From: Podarcis muralis
Taxonomy: Eukaryota
Reading direction: 5' to 3'
NCBI RefSeq assembly: GCF_964188315.1
Contig: NC_135665.1
Location: 37,262,001 to 37,326,000, forward strand
DNA: 64,000 bases
Position 1 is the stretch's first letter. Each line of letters opens with the position of its first letter. Of this stretch, positions 12,660 to 25,406 are shown in pieces. A program made the position numbers and the translations under genes. The notes under the pieces were generated by a model. It had not been told where the DNA came from and did no database searches. It was given only the letters and a program-made list of their open reading frames with translations.

Positions 12660-13360
12660 TGTTCTTCCCTTTTAGCTTTTCCTGGTCCAGCTTTTTCTTT
12701 TCATTTCTGTCCGGCAAGCTAAGTCTGCTGTGCAATAAATCAAACAGTTTGAACACACTGTAAAAAAAATACGTGTAACCTGAAATGTCCCATTTTCTCA
12801 TAAGAATAATAATAATCATGCTCTGTCCATTTTTTGTGGTTCTGCTTTCTCTGTCCAGTTGTTTTTGTAACATGTGTGGCTGTCTGAATATGAGATGTTG
12901 TGTTCCAGATGTTTTGGCAAGAGAAAGGAGCAAATGTTCATACACATCTCCGAGAAATCTCTTGCCACCCAAGTCGTCGAGATGTCAGTGAGCTAGTTTA
13001 CAGTTTACCCAGCCAGAGTCCCTTCCCTCTTCATCTTGCTAACCCTCTAAATCATCGGCACAAAATGACAAACATTATTTCATGCATCTTTCACTAAGGA
13101 AGAAATGTTGTGAAGAAGGTTAATCACTCCCACCTGCACCCAAAATAGGCCCCCCAATGTCGACAGATTTGAGGGCATTAAAGTGGCTCTCTGCTTGAGT
13201 CTCCAGTATTGCTAATGTTGTTGCAGTGACCAAAACAGAAGAAATGCATTGTAAAAAACAAAGATAAAAGATGGACGCTTACTTGCATTTAAAAAACGTA
13301 GAGTGTTGCACGCACCCCAAGCTCCGAGCGACAAGAATCTTAAGGGGGTCCAGCACTTAC

Positions 13361-13600
13361 CCAGGGTTTTCATTGAATTGTAGAGGGTAAATGCCATGAA
13401 CCAGTGGGACAACAGCGAGGAAGAAGAGGATCCCAGCAAGGTGTGCAGCTGTGACTGGGACACACTGGGCAAGCCAGGGATGGGAAAGGAGAGGTTGGGG
13501 TTGTGGAAAATGCACACAGGATGACAGAGGACAGGGTGCAGAGACCAGAAAAGCAAGACCCCTCATCCGAGCCAGAGAGGCCCCCGTCTCCATGAACAAG
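13361..13600 (-). other. Candidate exon (possibly a first exon) ending in a consensus splice donor; product unknown
   Basis: Minus strand ...AAAACCCTGG|GTAAGT at 13361/13360; two reading frames open up to the donor (..MAFTLYNSMKTL-G and ..HLAGILFFLAVVPLVHGIYPLQFNENP-G); non-repetitive context. No protein recognised; 5' boundary unknown. Confidence 0.3.
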
Positions 13601-14904
13601 GCGTAGGAAGCAGCGGGAGATATGCTCTGGGAAGCTGAGGCAGGCAAGGGCCCACAGCCTAGGTGGGGGTCATTAGCTCAGGGAGGAAGTGTGTGGTTCC
13701 TCAGCTGGAGTAGGCTCAAAACAGGTGAGGGTCACATGCCTCTTCAAGCCCAGATGCAGCAATCAACATGCAAAGTATAAAAGGGAAGCCAAGCTGAGAT
13801 TCTGGGTCTGCTCAACTGCCACATTGATGGACCTCAGCTTGGATGTTCCAGGACCTCTGTGGGACTCTGCTTCGGGTTTGATTCTGGACTGTGTTTCTGG
13901 ACTTTGTGTATATGGAATGGATCCCTGGACCAAGTTTCCTGACTGCTGAAGTTTGGACTTGGCATACTGTATATGCTAGTGGAACTTGCTGCCAGGTAGG
14001 CCAGGGATGCAGGACAGTAAATGGAGACTGTGGCGTCTTTAAGATATATGGTTTTGTTTACACATATATACAGCCTGAGCATCATTTGGAAAGGCGCACG
14101 GCATTAACAGTCCAAGAGACATTGCTTCCCATTAGGTTTCCATGGAAGCTCCAAGTCGCAGCTTTGGGTCCAGCTCTGAGCAAGACATGTTTCTGTTTCT
14201 TTAGGTTCCAACATCAGCCAAAACTCTCTCTCCCACCCGCCCCCACCTATTCATCCTAGAATGATGTGGTGTCAGGTGATGTGGAAAAAGGCCCACCCAT
14301 TTGTCTCCACGGCAACACCTTGGTACATGTAAATGGCGGTACTTAATTACAAGGAAACCTGCATGACCAGTTCAGATGCCTCTTCTACTAGATTCTAAAC
14401 CTCACTGGATACAGGATCGCAAGCCTCATCTGGACTGGCCTCCTAAACCTATAAAAATATGCTACTACCAGTTGTGGTAGAACCTCTACATTAACTTCCA
14501 GCTGCTGGATTGCTGTTGTTTACTGGGAGGCAGAGGGGAAGGGGCAAGGTGATGGAGGGGATTGGTGCAAGACAAATGCACTGGGGGAACCAATCCAGTG
14601 TTCCTGCCAGCACGTTTGCATTGTGTTGACTTCCCTTGTGCCTTGGCCCTCTTCTCTTGGTATGTAACAGTGATCCACCTGCTGAGAAGCTAGCATCATA
14701 ACTCTCCCCGCTGCCCCTCTGTGAGATGCATTAAAATTCCACCCTAGAGCAGCTCTGTGGATGTTGATATGCGGAGCCACCCAAGTTTCTAAGGTTGCAT
14801 TCAACCAACATGTACTCACAGTAGACCCACTGAAATCAATGGCCATGCTTAACTTTCTCATGGTAAGAACTGTTTGACCAGACTCCATCAGAAGGTGGTG
14901 GAAC

Positions 14905-15060
14905 GCTAGCTACTGCTGAGAAGACAGAATTGGGATTCGAGATGAATGGTGGACTCTCCTTCCTTGGAGGTTTTTAAGCAGAGGTTGGATGGACATCTGT
15001 CATGAAGATTCTGTTGGGGTACTGCCAGGGAGATGGGGGCTTCAGGCAGGCCCCCAGCTA
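14905..15060 (+). mobile_element. CR1 LINE 3'-region fragment
   Basis: gtggactctccttccttggaggtttttaagcagaggttggatgg is the typical CR1 ORF2-end/3'UTR sequence. Confidence 0.75.
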
Positions 15061-16984
15061 GCTTCGGACGATCACTGGTCTCCCGTGGAACAGCATCAGT
15101 CAATTAGCGACACGAGCCTCAGATATGTTCCAAGACCCGTGCACGCCCTTTCAGCAGAGTGTGTAAGTCTCCACAATGAAAGATGCAGACAGAGAGAGCA
15201 TATTTACAGCTTTATTCAACGTAGCTCAGAACAAAGGAAAAACATGACTGCTTGCCTCCATGTCCAGGAAAACAGCCATAACAAAATCTATATGCAAAAC
15301 GGAAGTTCCCAGCAGAAGCTGGAAGTAAACAGGCATGTGACACACAACAGCCTGTTCCCTTTTAAGGTGGAACGGAACTATATCTTAACAGATTCCTGCA
15401 TTGCAGAAGATTGGACTATGATTTCGAGGGGTCTATTCTGTATAAAAGTTAGTTGCATGCAATCCATAATCACTGACAACCAGAAACCTTAAAAAAAAAA
15501 TTCTGCTAGTACAAATCAAAATAAGATGAAAAATGACCTAGGTAACGAAATACGTGTATTGCTAGTTAACATCAGCTGTGGCTCTGAATAATTCTGTCAT
15601 CCATGTTGGTGGTCACTCTTAAAGCAACAGGGAAAGACCAAGAGTTGAAAGTTGTCATCTTGGCAAAAAGTAGCTCTGGGGACACCCATTTTTTGCCTGA
15701 AAGAAACTGAACAGCTTGAATGGATGGATGAATAAACAAGTCTGCCAACTCTTATGGTTTTATTGCAAGGCTTGTGGTTTATTATTTGGGGATTTTCTGA
15801 GAATTTCAGCACAGCCTATAAAGAACCTTAGCTCTCATTTGTCTTATTAAGCTCACTCCGTGCAGAAAGAGCGCAGGGTGGGAGGGATTGGGAAGCCGTT
15901 TCAGAATTCCAGAGACATTTTGAAAGGATTTTTAAAAGAAGAAGAATAAATAAAGCAGCTTTTCTTTTCCCAGCCAGTTCCATACACTTACATGACAAAG
16001 ATATTGCAAGTGCTGCAGAAAGCCACTAGTTTAATAAATTATTTGTCAGAATGTTCAATGTGGCTTAATTTACTTTGAATTATTTTGGTACAGCATGAAA
16101 AATGTATTGGATCAGTGCAACCACAATGTGTATACCACTGAACAGATGATAATATGCTAGATATAGGTGGAATGTGGGTGGCATGGTGAGAAAAATGCTA
16201 TTTTTCTTTTTCACTGTACAGCATTCTTTAAAAGAAATGGAAGTGTTTGTCATTTGCATAATACCATAATCAAAAATGAAAACTCCTTCCCACCCACCCA
16301 CCCCCCAAGCACAGTCCCAATCCCAGTCCCATTTAAATACTTTTATTTAAAGGAGAAATATTTGTGTGCATCTTCTATGCACCATGAGTTGCTGGTGGTA
16401 TATAGCTATATCCTTTTGCAGTTGCATAAGAAATAAAGCTGAACCATGTTTTATAAAGCTTGTCCAATTTTGTGGTGTTGTTTTATCCAGTCTCAAAGTT
16501 TATTAGTCCATTTTTCCGTTACTATCCAGTCCCACACCTTTATGAACCATATTACAAAGTAACCAGCTTTTAGACTTCTCCAGTACTGAGCAATTGTTAG
16601 GTTATGAGGCCCTTCTGCATAAGGTCCTGGGTGTTTGTAGAGTAGATGGAAAGAAGAGTAATTTGATTATCTAGATCAATCATTTGAGCTGTGATTTGTT
16701 TCTTAAAAAAAACCTTAACCCAAAAGAGGTGTAATGGACAGGTCCACAACATATGAATAAAAGAACCCAAGTTGCCAGTTTCTCCAGCTTTGTTACAAGA
16801 TGCTTTTGCTAAATTTATTAATATATAGATACCATCTATGTGCTATTTTCAGTGCATTTTCTCTTTCTTGCAGAGGATGACAGTAAAGGAAGTTAACCTC
16901 AAATGTAATACAGAACACAGTATTGGGATCTGTGGTTTATTAAGGGTGATGAGAGTTTTTAGGAGATCCTACTCTCCTCACAAA

Positions 16985-17346
16985 GGGACATGGGTGGCGC
17001 TGTGGTCTAAACCACAGAGCCTAGGGCTTGCCAATCAGAAGGTCAGTGGTTTGAATCCCCTCAACAGGGCGAACTCCCGTTGTTTGGTCCTGGCTTCTGC
17101 CAACCTAGCAGTTTGAAAGCATGTCAAAGTGCAAGTAGATAAATAGGTACCACTCCAGTGGGAAGGTAAACGGCGTTTCCGTGCTCTGCTCTGGTTCGCC
17201 AGAAGTGGCTTAGTCATGCTGGCCCCATGACCTGGAAGCTCTCTGTGGACAAATGCCAGCTCCCTTGGCCTATAGAGCAAGATGAGCAGTGCAATCTCAG
17301 AGTCGTCTGCAACTGGACCTAACGGTCAGAGGTACCTTTACCTTTA
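16985..17346 (+). mobile_element. Sauria SINE, full length, inserted into a palindromic MITE (about 16921-17535)
   Basis: Head gggacatgggtggcgctgtgg, tail cctttacctta; 11-bp TSD tctcctcacaa on both sides. Confidence 0.95.
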
Positions 17347-17923
17347 TTCTCCTCACAAGGTTACAATTCTGAGTGGTTTAATAATGAATCCCTCTTCCCA
17401 GGGAATTCTGGGAACTGTGTCTCTGTTAGGGGAATAGCAGTCTCGCAACAGCCCTCCATTAACAAACTACAGCTCCCGGAATCTTTGGTGGAACTCATGA
17501 CTGTTTAAAGTGACATCATGATGCTTTAAATGTGAACATTGGAATGGGTAAGCCACCACACGCATCATCTGTGTAGGGTCAGTGGTATGGCTGCCCTCAC
17601 CTTCCTACTTGTGGTTTTGCTACATGCAAGTAATATGGAGGAAAGACCTCAGTCACATGCAAAAAGTCCACTGACACTGATACCCAGCCCAAGGAGCAAG
17701 TGCTGAAGAGTTCACATGGCTGCAATAGATCTGTACTTAGTTCACCATGGTCCAGTTTTTAAGCCATAAGGCTTATTCAGTTGCGTCCCATTGGCAGGCG
17801 CATGTGGAAAGCCAATCCATGCTGTGAGCTGTCGTGGGACCTCCCTGGTGCTTACTGCCAGTGGTAGAACTCAACACAGGCTCATTGTTTCTCAAGACAG
17901 CCCACACTGAAAGAGGTCATGTT

Positions 17924-17948
17924 ACACACACACACACACACACACACA
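17924..17948. repeat. (AC)n microsatellite
   Basis: Seen directly. Confidence 0.98.
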
Positions 17949-18959
17949 AATACAAATATAAAGCCACATTTCTTATATTCTTTCCATCAACCCCAAACAA
18001 ATGCTTTTAGTTTTGAGTCCTGCACTGAATATTTTTCAGCAATGCAGCTCTAAATAAGCTGAAATGAGCAGCAGGGCAGCCTTGCCCTGGGAAATAATGG
18101 GAATTCAGATGAAACATTTGCCTTTGAGCCAAGTAAGTGAGCTGAGGGTGGGGAGCCTGAACTGATTCAACACTTAAGACTGTGCAACTTTTAGGAATGC
18201 AAACAAATATGGTCTGTTGATTGTGGCTTTCGGGTGACACCAGAACCTTGAAGCAGACTGATAAGGCTGTAAGTGAAGTTGGAAGGACACCTTATCTGCT
18301 CCATGGGGGTCTGAATACCAAAGATTTCTTACGCTTGGCCTTTCTTCCCATTCATCCTGGCCTTTCAGTGAATTGCACTGTTATCAGAGGCCCCAGAATG
18401 GGAAACATCCAGATATGGACTATGTTCCCAGTGTTACATAGCATCTTGGCAGCAGGATTCGGACCCTGGGACTTGAAATTCACAGCGCCAAGGTTCTGTG
18501 TTACTAAGCTAGTGCCAAATTCACTCCATTGTGTTCCTCAGCATACTTTAAAATAAAAGCCCTTTTATTTTCATTTTTTTTAAAAAAAAGCATTATGTCA
18601 ATGTGTCGTTTTGTTTACAAGGACACTGGAGAAAGTAAGGGTGAGGTGGAAATGTTGGGTGAAGGTCAGGTAGAAGCTGATTGTTTCAACTGGGACAGAC
18701 TCACATGTCTCCAAGCTTGCTGTTAACTGAAAGATGCTGGCTGCCTTTGAGTGTCAGCAACAACCGTTTGGTTGCATTTGCTTTGACATAAAAGCGATTG
18801 GCACACTCTTTTAAGTGCCTGGCGGCTGCAGAAAGCTTACCTCTTGGCAGGTTCCAGTCCTTCACTCAATGGGAAGCACATTACCAGCACTGGATGCATG
18901 CATGTATTTTTAGCTTTGCCTTCATTATCCATCAGTAGGATAGCTCTCTTGTTATTCTC

Positions 18960-19300
18960 GTCCCAAGAACCACATGAACTGACCTAGATCCTGTAATCAT
19001 CAGGAGGTCCTTCTATGTGATCCCCCTCCAGGAGAAGTCCAGAGAGTGGCAACACCAGAGAAGGCCTTTTCAGTGGTGGCTCCCGACTTGTGGAATGCTC
19101 TCCCCAGGGAAGCTTGCCTGCTGAAATCTTATTTTTAGGTTCCAGGTAAAACCTTTCCTTTTGACCCTTAATTTGAAGGGTTTCCAGTCTTCCACTCTTT
19201 CAGTGAGGGTGGTTCTGTAAAGCCTGTCTTTGACCTGTATATATGTGTTTTCAGGTTTTTATCAGTTTGTCTGTTGCAGTTGGTTTTAGTGTTTGTACTG
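18960..19300 (+). mobile_element. L2 LINE 3' fragment
   Basis: ggcctttcagtggtggctcccgacttgtggaatgctctccccaggg...ttccaggtaaaacc matches 3' ORF2/UTR of the same L2 seen at 39340-39600 and 57565-58140. Confidence 0.7.
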
Positions 19301-19309
19301 TCTTGTAAG

Positions 19310-19535
19310 CAGTGGCGGAGCTTCACGCTCCAGCACCAGGAGGGAGGCGGAGAGCAGGCGGGGGCGGGGCTGGCGCACGTCGTGGGGGCAGGGCGCGCCA
19401 CCTGCAGGGGTGGGGAGTGCAACCCGGGGGCAGGACATGCCCAGCGCAGGTGGGGGGACAGCAGCGATGGCATCCTGCTGGGATAGCACTGCCGGGGGCA
19501 GTGCACTCCCCCCGCATTCCTCTTCCTCTGCCAGT
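19310..19535. mobile_element. GC-rich hAT MITE
   Basis: TIR cagtggcggag / ctctgccagtg; perfect 8-bp TSD cttgtaag (19302-19309, 19536-19543). Confidence 0.88.
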
Positions 19536-19573
19536 GCTTGTAAGTAGCTTTGGGTCACTTTTGTAAGCAAATA

Positions 19574-19788
19574 CAGTGGTACCTCGGGTTACCAACGCTT
19601 CAGGTTACAGACTCTGCTAACCCAGAAATAGTACCTCGGGTTAAGAACTTTGCTTCAGGATGAGAACAGAAATCGCGTGGCGGCAGAGGGAGACCCCATT
19701 AGCTAAAGTGGTACCTCAGGTTAAGAACAGTTTCAGGTTAAGAACGGACCTCTGGAATGAATTAAGTTCTTAACCCGAGGTACCACAG
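19574..19788. mobile_element. Tc1/mariner-type MITE, family A
   Basis: ta|cagtggtacctcggg ... cccgaggtaccacag (one terminal mismatch). Confidence 0.9.
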
Positions 19789-20420
19789 TGTAAATGACAA
19801 CATCAGCCACAGTAATTTGCTGAGACCGCGTGTGAAGACCTTCACAGAGAGGAGACCTCTTCTCCTCAAGGCAGATAGCAACTGTAATATTTTCTGCTTC
19901 AGATACTGATGCTTCAAAATTCGCATGATGGAAGGAAGCAATTGGAGTGTGCAGCTAGGAATTTGCGCAATTCTTAAAATGATAGCTAAATGGTTGCTGT
20001 CCCAGATTTCTGTCCCTTGCTCTGTGCTTCCCCCAAACTGCTTCTGTAACTACAACTGCCTGAGAAACTGGTTCTTGTCACATGAGTCACTGTAGCATCT
20101 GATAGTTGAACTGACAAAAGAGAACAGAAGGAGCAGCACATTCCATTCCTTGAAGTCAGTCAGCCTAGCCTACAGGTGACTGCGCTTTGTCCTCCACTAT
20201 GTCCTTTCGGCATCTGGAATAGTCAGCCACTCAATATCTGACCTGGAATTCAAATGTCAGAAACTACTGTTACCAGGGGATGCTCATAGTTCAATGGCAT
20301 GGCATCTACTTTAAATGGGAAAAGTCAAATTCCCAGGATCTCCAGCTATGGTTGGAAAAGTCCTGTTACAAGGCGTGCAAATGCACCTACGTGTGTGTCT
20401 ACTACCCATGTGTCTTCCTA

Positions 20421-20785
20421 TAAAGGTAAAGGTAAAGGTACCCCTGCCCGTACGGGCCAGTCTTGCCAGACTCTAGGGTTGTGCGCCCATCTCACTCAAG
20501 AGGCCGGGGGCCAGCGCTGTCCGCAGACACTTCCGGGTCACGTGGCCAGCGTGGCGAAGCTGCTCTGGCGAGCCAGAGCCGCACACGGAAACGCCGTTTA
20601 CCTTCCCGCTAGTAAGCGGTCCCTATTTATCTACTTGCACCCGGGGGTGCTTTCGAACTGCTAAGTTGGCAGGCGCTGGGACCGAGCAACGGGAGCGCAC
20701 CCCGCCGCGGGGATTCGAACCGCCGACCTTTCAATCGGCAAGCCCTAGGCGCTGAGGCTTTTACCCACAGCGCCACCCGCGTCCC
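20421..20785 (-). mobile_element. Sauria SINE, young CpG-rich subfamily
   Basis: Full head, body and tail; perfect 13-bp TSD gtgtcttcctata; highly similar to 35456-35815. Confidence 0.96.
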
Positions 20786-21070
20786 AGTGTCTTCCTATAC
20801 ACACTCCCAAATATCAAGCTGAGAGGTTGAGGCTCTTTTTGTGAGGGCTATGGCATGTGTTTGTAATGAATACGCATTTGCCCTTAACCTGATGGCCACA
20901 AGAAATTCACACACAAGAGGAATAAAGAGAGGTGAGTTCATTACATGTAATGAAAGTGAGAGAATATAGAAAATCTCTTCAGTCTGCTTTGGACCACAAA
21001 ATTGCAATACAAGCAGGCAGCAAATTGCACTGCATGCACACTTTAATCTAAAGCGTAAAAGAAGGATCCC

Positions 21071-21074
<4 letters not shown>

Positions 21075-21106
<32 letters not shown>
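21075..21106. repeat. (GA)n microsatellite
   Basis: Seen directly. Confidence 0.98.
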
Positions 21107-21109
<3 letters not shown>

Positions 21110-21708
21110 TTGCCATAGATCCACACTAAAAGCAAAATGAGAAAAGTTGAAACCTCTCAGAGATACTTCCTCCTTTAAGAATTAAGCTCTTGCGTACAAT
21201 AACCAGCACCAGCAAGACTGCAGCATCCCTCTCACCCATTCCTTGCTCTGTGATCCAATAAAGCACAGAGTTGGTTCTAGAGAGTGTAGCGTCAAAAAGG
21301 GTCCCTTGGTGAGCTGGTGAAAATCTGGGTGTTCAAGTACTATTTTGAACCAATATAGTCTTATGAAAAGAGGGGGTCTTTTGGATCAGTGATTTGTCAT
21401 AACAATTCCTTTGTTTCAGTGTCTGTTTCCTACAAGTTCCTGTCCATTCTCCATTTTGTTTACTTTGCTCAGATGGTAGCTGAAAGGACATAACCCTAGT
21501 GAGCAATGACTAAACTGGTTACCTTGTTTGTTTCCTGCATCCTGAGGTTACTGTCTAGAGGGAGATTCTGTTGCCTATGCAGAACCCTTAAATTAAATAA
21601 GTCGATTTATACCATATTATTGTGCTGATCTTTACCTTAAGGGGTTAGAATATTTTCCAGCACCTTCCTGGACACATTTAAGACAAAGACTAGCACCAGG
21701 GGCTAAAC

Positions 21709-21846
21709 CAGAGGTTCTCAACCTGTGGGTCCCCAAATGTTGTTGGACTACGACTCCCATCATCCCTGAGCTCTGGCCTTGCTAGCTATGGGTGATGGGA
21801 GTTGTGGTCCAACAACATCTGGGGACCCACAAGTTTAGAAAGGCTG
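21709..21846. mobile_element. Palindromic hAT-type MITE (same family as 10296-10433)
   Basis: Same arms; 8-bp TSD ggctaaac / gtctaaac. Confidence 0.9.
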
Positions 21847-22689
21847 GTCTAAACAGTTCCTAAAGGGGGTCATTTTTATGTCAAGTTATGGCAAGTATAG
21901 GAATGCCATGGTCTACAATAACAAACATGTAAAAGTTCCAGATTGGTGCACACCATCACAGTCCCTTGTCTGAAACCATGGGGAGCCACTTCCAGTCAGT
22001 GCGGACCATAGTGAGTCCATGGGATCAGTGGTCTGCCTCAGCAGAAGGCAGCTTCCTATGTTCTTATGAGCTAAGACTTCCAAGCTATTACTTGCAAGCC
22101 ATGTTTTTGAGTCTACTTTCAACCGAGAAGTTAGTTTGTTAAGAAGCACAACTTTCTACTGCTGAAAACTTGGTAGCTTTTGTAATCAAGCAAACAGATG
22201 GAAAAATAATGGAGGTTTATTAAAAATAAATGAGGTAAAAGTGAGAGGCCATGAGGGTATTAATAATGTTAATGAAATCGCTGTGGTGTTCCTGGAACAG
22301 CTGTGTGGCTTTCGTATTAATCTCTAAGAAGAATAGGCATTCTGAGTAGCGGGTGGATAAATGCTTCACTAAATGTTACCTGGATGCACTATGTTTAGCC
22401 AGTGCCTGCTCTCACATTGTGGTAGTAAATAAAGACGAAGGAGAGAGGAGGGAAGGTAATAAAAGATGAAAAGATTAGAATCAAATTCATAAGCAAGATC
22501 AAATAACTTTTTCCCCATGGAGAAAATTAAGGGATGATCAAAGCTTTATTGGTTCTGTAACAAGGAAGAGCCGCAATACCTCTTCTTTCGCTGAACAGCC
22601 TCTGATTGACACACAAATCTGTCCATTTTAGTTTCTCCCAATTTCTTTATCTCCCAGTCTTAAGTCTAGTTCAGCACCTTTCTGCATCA

Positions 22690-22960
22690 GTGTGCAATTC
22701 CCCTCCAGTTCTCATGAAAATCCAGCATTTTAGTGTGCATGTCTCATACACAGTTCATATGCAATTTTGTCCGATGTACAATTTTGCAGGCGTTTTTCTC
22801 TAACATGGTGCATTTTTGTATATGCTATGCATTCTGATGCACGCTTTCTCTTCATATGTGCATTTTGCCCTCCTTTGGCGGATGAAAAACTGCATCACAA
22901 CAGTCAGGAAAGTGTGGATTTCAATGACTAGCTGCAATTCGGTTCACATATCGTTTCAAG
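22690..22960 (-). mobile_element. Old AT-rich DNA-transposon-like repeat (partial, reverse orientation)
   Basis: ctcatgaaaatccagcattttagtg is the reverse complement of the segment at about 12440-12465. Confidence 0.5.
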
Positions 22961-25161
22961 AAGTGTGGATTTGATAAGTTCACATTGCATTGCAAACTGA
23001 ACTGACTTTCTCCGCCATCGCTGATGATTAGCACTGGAAGAGTAACAAATTCTTTTGGCACATGGAATTGAAAGGCAAAAAGATTCACTGTGATTCCTTC
23101 TTTAAAACCTTGGCATTCAAAACCTTGCTCAGCATCCTCCAGACACCTGCAAGCATCTGATAGTCTTTTTTTAAAAAATAAAAAAGGAAAAGGAGTCAAT
23201 GTTAAATAACAGACAGGTTTCCCCAGTCTAAGGAATTTTAAAAGATACTATATCAGGTGTTTGCAGGTGTGCAGAGAATATTGGGTAATATTTTCAGTTG
23301 ACAGGGAAGGAAATGGAATCATGAGCATATTCTAGGGCTTAGATCTGAGAATTTGTGGTCCGATTGCCCTTTCCTGTCATCTCCATCCAGAAAAACCACG
23401 GACATGAAATGGAAGGTTGCAGCTTGGAGGCAGGAAAGAAGAAAGTTGAAAACTAGGGATTTCCCTGGCAGAAGGTGAAGTATCTTTCCATCCATGCTGA
23501 GCACTGCTGACTCCAAACCTGTGTACTCAACACTAGGAACCATATAAAAGATCCATTGAAATGAATGGAAGTTGGATGGCAGCAGTGTTTACTGGAAGGC
23601 TTTGCATTGACTGCCTGTTATGGTGCAATGCTATCCTCAGGACCAAGAAGAGACATGCACAGGACAGGGGGGAAACAGGAGAAATCCTTTCCCCCTTCTG
23701 ATCCCATTCCCATGTACCAGCCCAAGACATTCTGGCACCGGAGGCAAACCACAAAATGGCACCCACCCCCAGCAGGGAAGAAGGGAACAAGGAGGACAAT
23801 GATGTGGCCAAGCACGTTTCCTGGGGAGAGCATTCCATAAACAGAGGGCCACCACTGAAAAAGCCCATTCTCCACACCTCCCACAAAGGAGAGTCACATC
23901 GAAGGGCCTCTGATCACTATTGCAGGGTGTGTTCAGGTATAAGCTGATCTAAAGTGAGCAAGCTTCACTCCTAGTCCAAGTCTGTTTCCTTCAGGTGTGA
24001 GCCATCTGCAGTAGATGTGCTCCTGATGTTCAATACCTGACTTCATGCTGATTAAATTTCATCACTGACTCAACTTGCTGTCTTCCTGCCTCATCACCCT
24101 TTCTTTCCAGATGTTGTTAATGCTCTACTTCAGAGGAACTTCCCAGGCATGGGGGTTTTAGTGGTGCAGGTTTGATCCTCAGAAACACTAATCAGTCAGG
24201 AACTTTGGATCAAGGGCAAATGTGAGCTGGCAGGAGTAGAAGTAGAGCGGTGAAGTCATCATCCTGTTTGATTTTAACGAGTGACAAACTGATGTAATCT
24301 TTCATCTTTTATCTTGATGCAAACCATAATAGCTCAGTTCACAGCAACACATTTTCACTGGATTGCCCGGGGCGCCATTTATATACAACTGGCTGATTTC
24401 CCATCACTCTAACCATTGCTGTAATAACGAAGAACGAAGATGCTTTTTGAATGCTCATGTGTTAACACATTTATGTCTTCTGTAGGCACCTTATTTGTAG
24501 AATGGTTTTGGGTGCAAAAGCACCACCTTGCTGAATGAAGCTTCCTTCCATTCTGTCTTCAGCTAAACTTACGTGTTGAGGCAATGCAGACTGCTTATCC
24601 AGCAGGAACTGTCTAGTGAAAAATTAAAAGAAAGGTTTTGCATACGTGTATCTGTCCCTTATTCACTCCTGGGCTTGAGTTTCAGTTACTCTCTTCCTAG
24701 AGATGCATCTATGTGGTTATACGCAACGCAGAGAAGATGGATCAGAGCCTGAAGATTTGTGTTGCAAACCTCCTGAGGTTGGGCTTAGCTTGCTGAATTT
24801 GTGTTCCACCTTCTGGCTGCTCTGCCTAGCTGGGCCTGCCCTGCTTCTGCTGGGACCAAAACATTACACTGAACATCAACCACCTGTCCAATTTTTTACC
24901 CATACTCATTATGCTGTGACTGTTGGGAAATCTATGCTATCAGGGTGCTGTTCTTTTTAAAGAAGCAGCAATAGAATGGCTAAGATTTACCAGATCCTCC
25001 TTGTTGTAAGCCTTGGCTTTTGCAGTTCCTGTGTGCTGTACTTTCCACAAGAAAGACCGGCTGATTCACTTAACACCCTCTCCTCCCTTGTCTTCCCCCA
25101 TGTCATGTCCCCTTGAGACCACCATGTGGTGTGAACATGTGACATGGGTGCATCTGCCAGT

Positions 25162-25406
25162 GCCAGTGTGGTGTAGTGGTTAAGAGTGGTAGACTCGTAA
25201 TCTGGTGAACCGGGTTCGTGTCTCCGCTCCTCCACATGCAGCTGCTGGGTGACCTTGGGCTAGTCACACTTCTCTGAAGTCTCTCAGCCCCACTCACCTC
25301 ACAGAGTGTTTGTTGTGGGGGAGGAAGGGAAAGGAGAATGTTAGCCGCTTTGAGACTCCTTCGGGTAGTGATAAAGCGGGATATCAAATCCAAACTCTTC
25401 TTCTTC
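25162..25406 (+). mobile_element. tRNA-CORE SINE (MIR/Ther1-like, Squam3-type), young
   Basis: A box tggtgtagtgg, B box gggttcg, CORE gctgggtgaccttgggctagtcac, L2-type tail ending (TCT)n; near-identical to 60762-60994. Confidence 0.9.

Noticed and set aside
13361-13397. MAFTLY resembles the N-terminus of IER3IP1
   Set aside because: Sequence diverges after six residues (NSMKTL versus SLLQAA) and the exon is too short.
13790-14520. Possible LTR/DIRS-like relics here and at about 45895-46200, 51440-52120 and 61705-61955
   Set aside because: Composition looks LTR-like but I could not establish paired termini, TSDs or homologous copies within the window, so they are not listed as features.
14800-14845. 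Minus-strand donor-like GTGAGT (actcac) at about 14813
   Set aside because: Lies in the common squamate repeat motif gtagacccactgaaatcaatgg.
19168-19595. Cluster of six overlapping ORFs
   Set aside because: Produced by a GC-rich, stop-poor hAT MITE.
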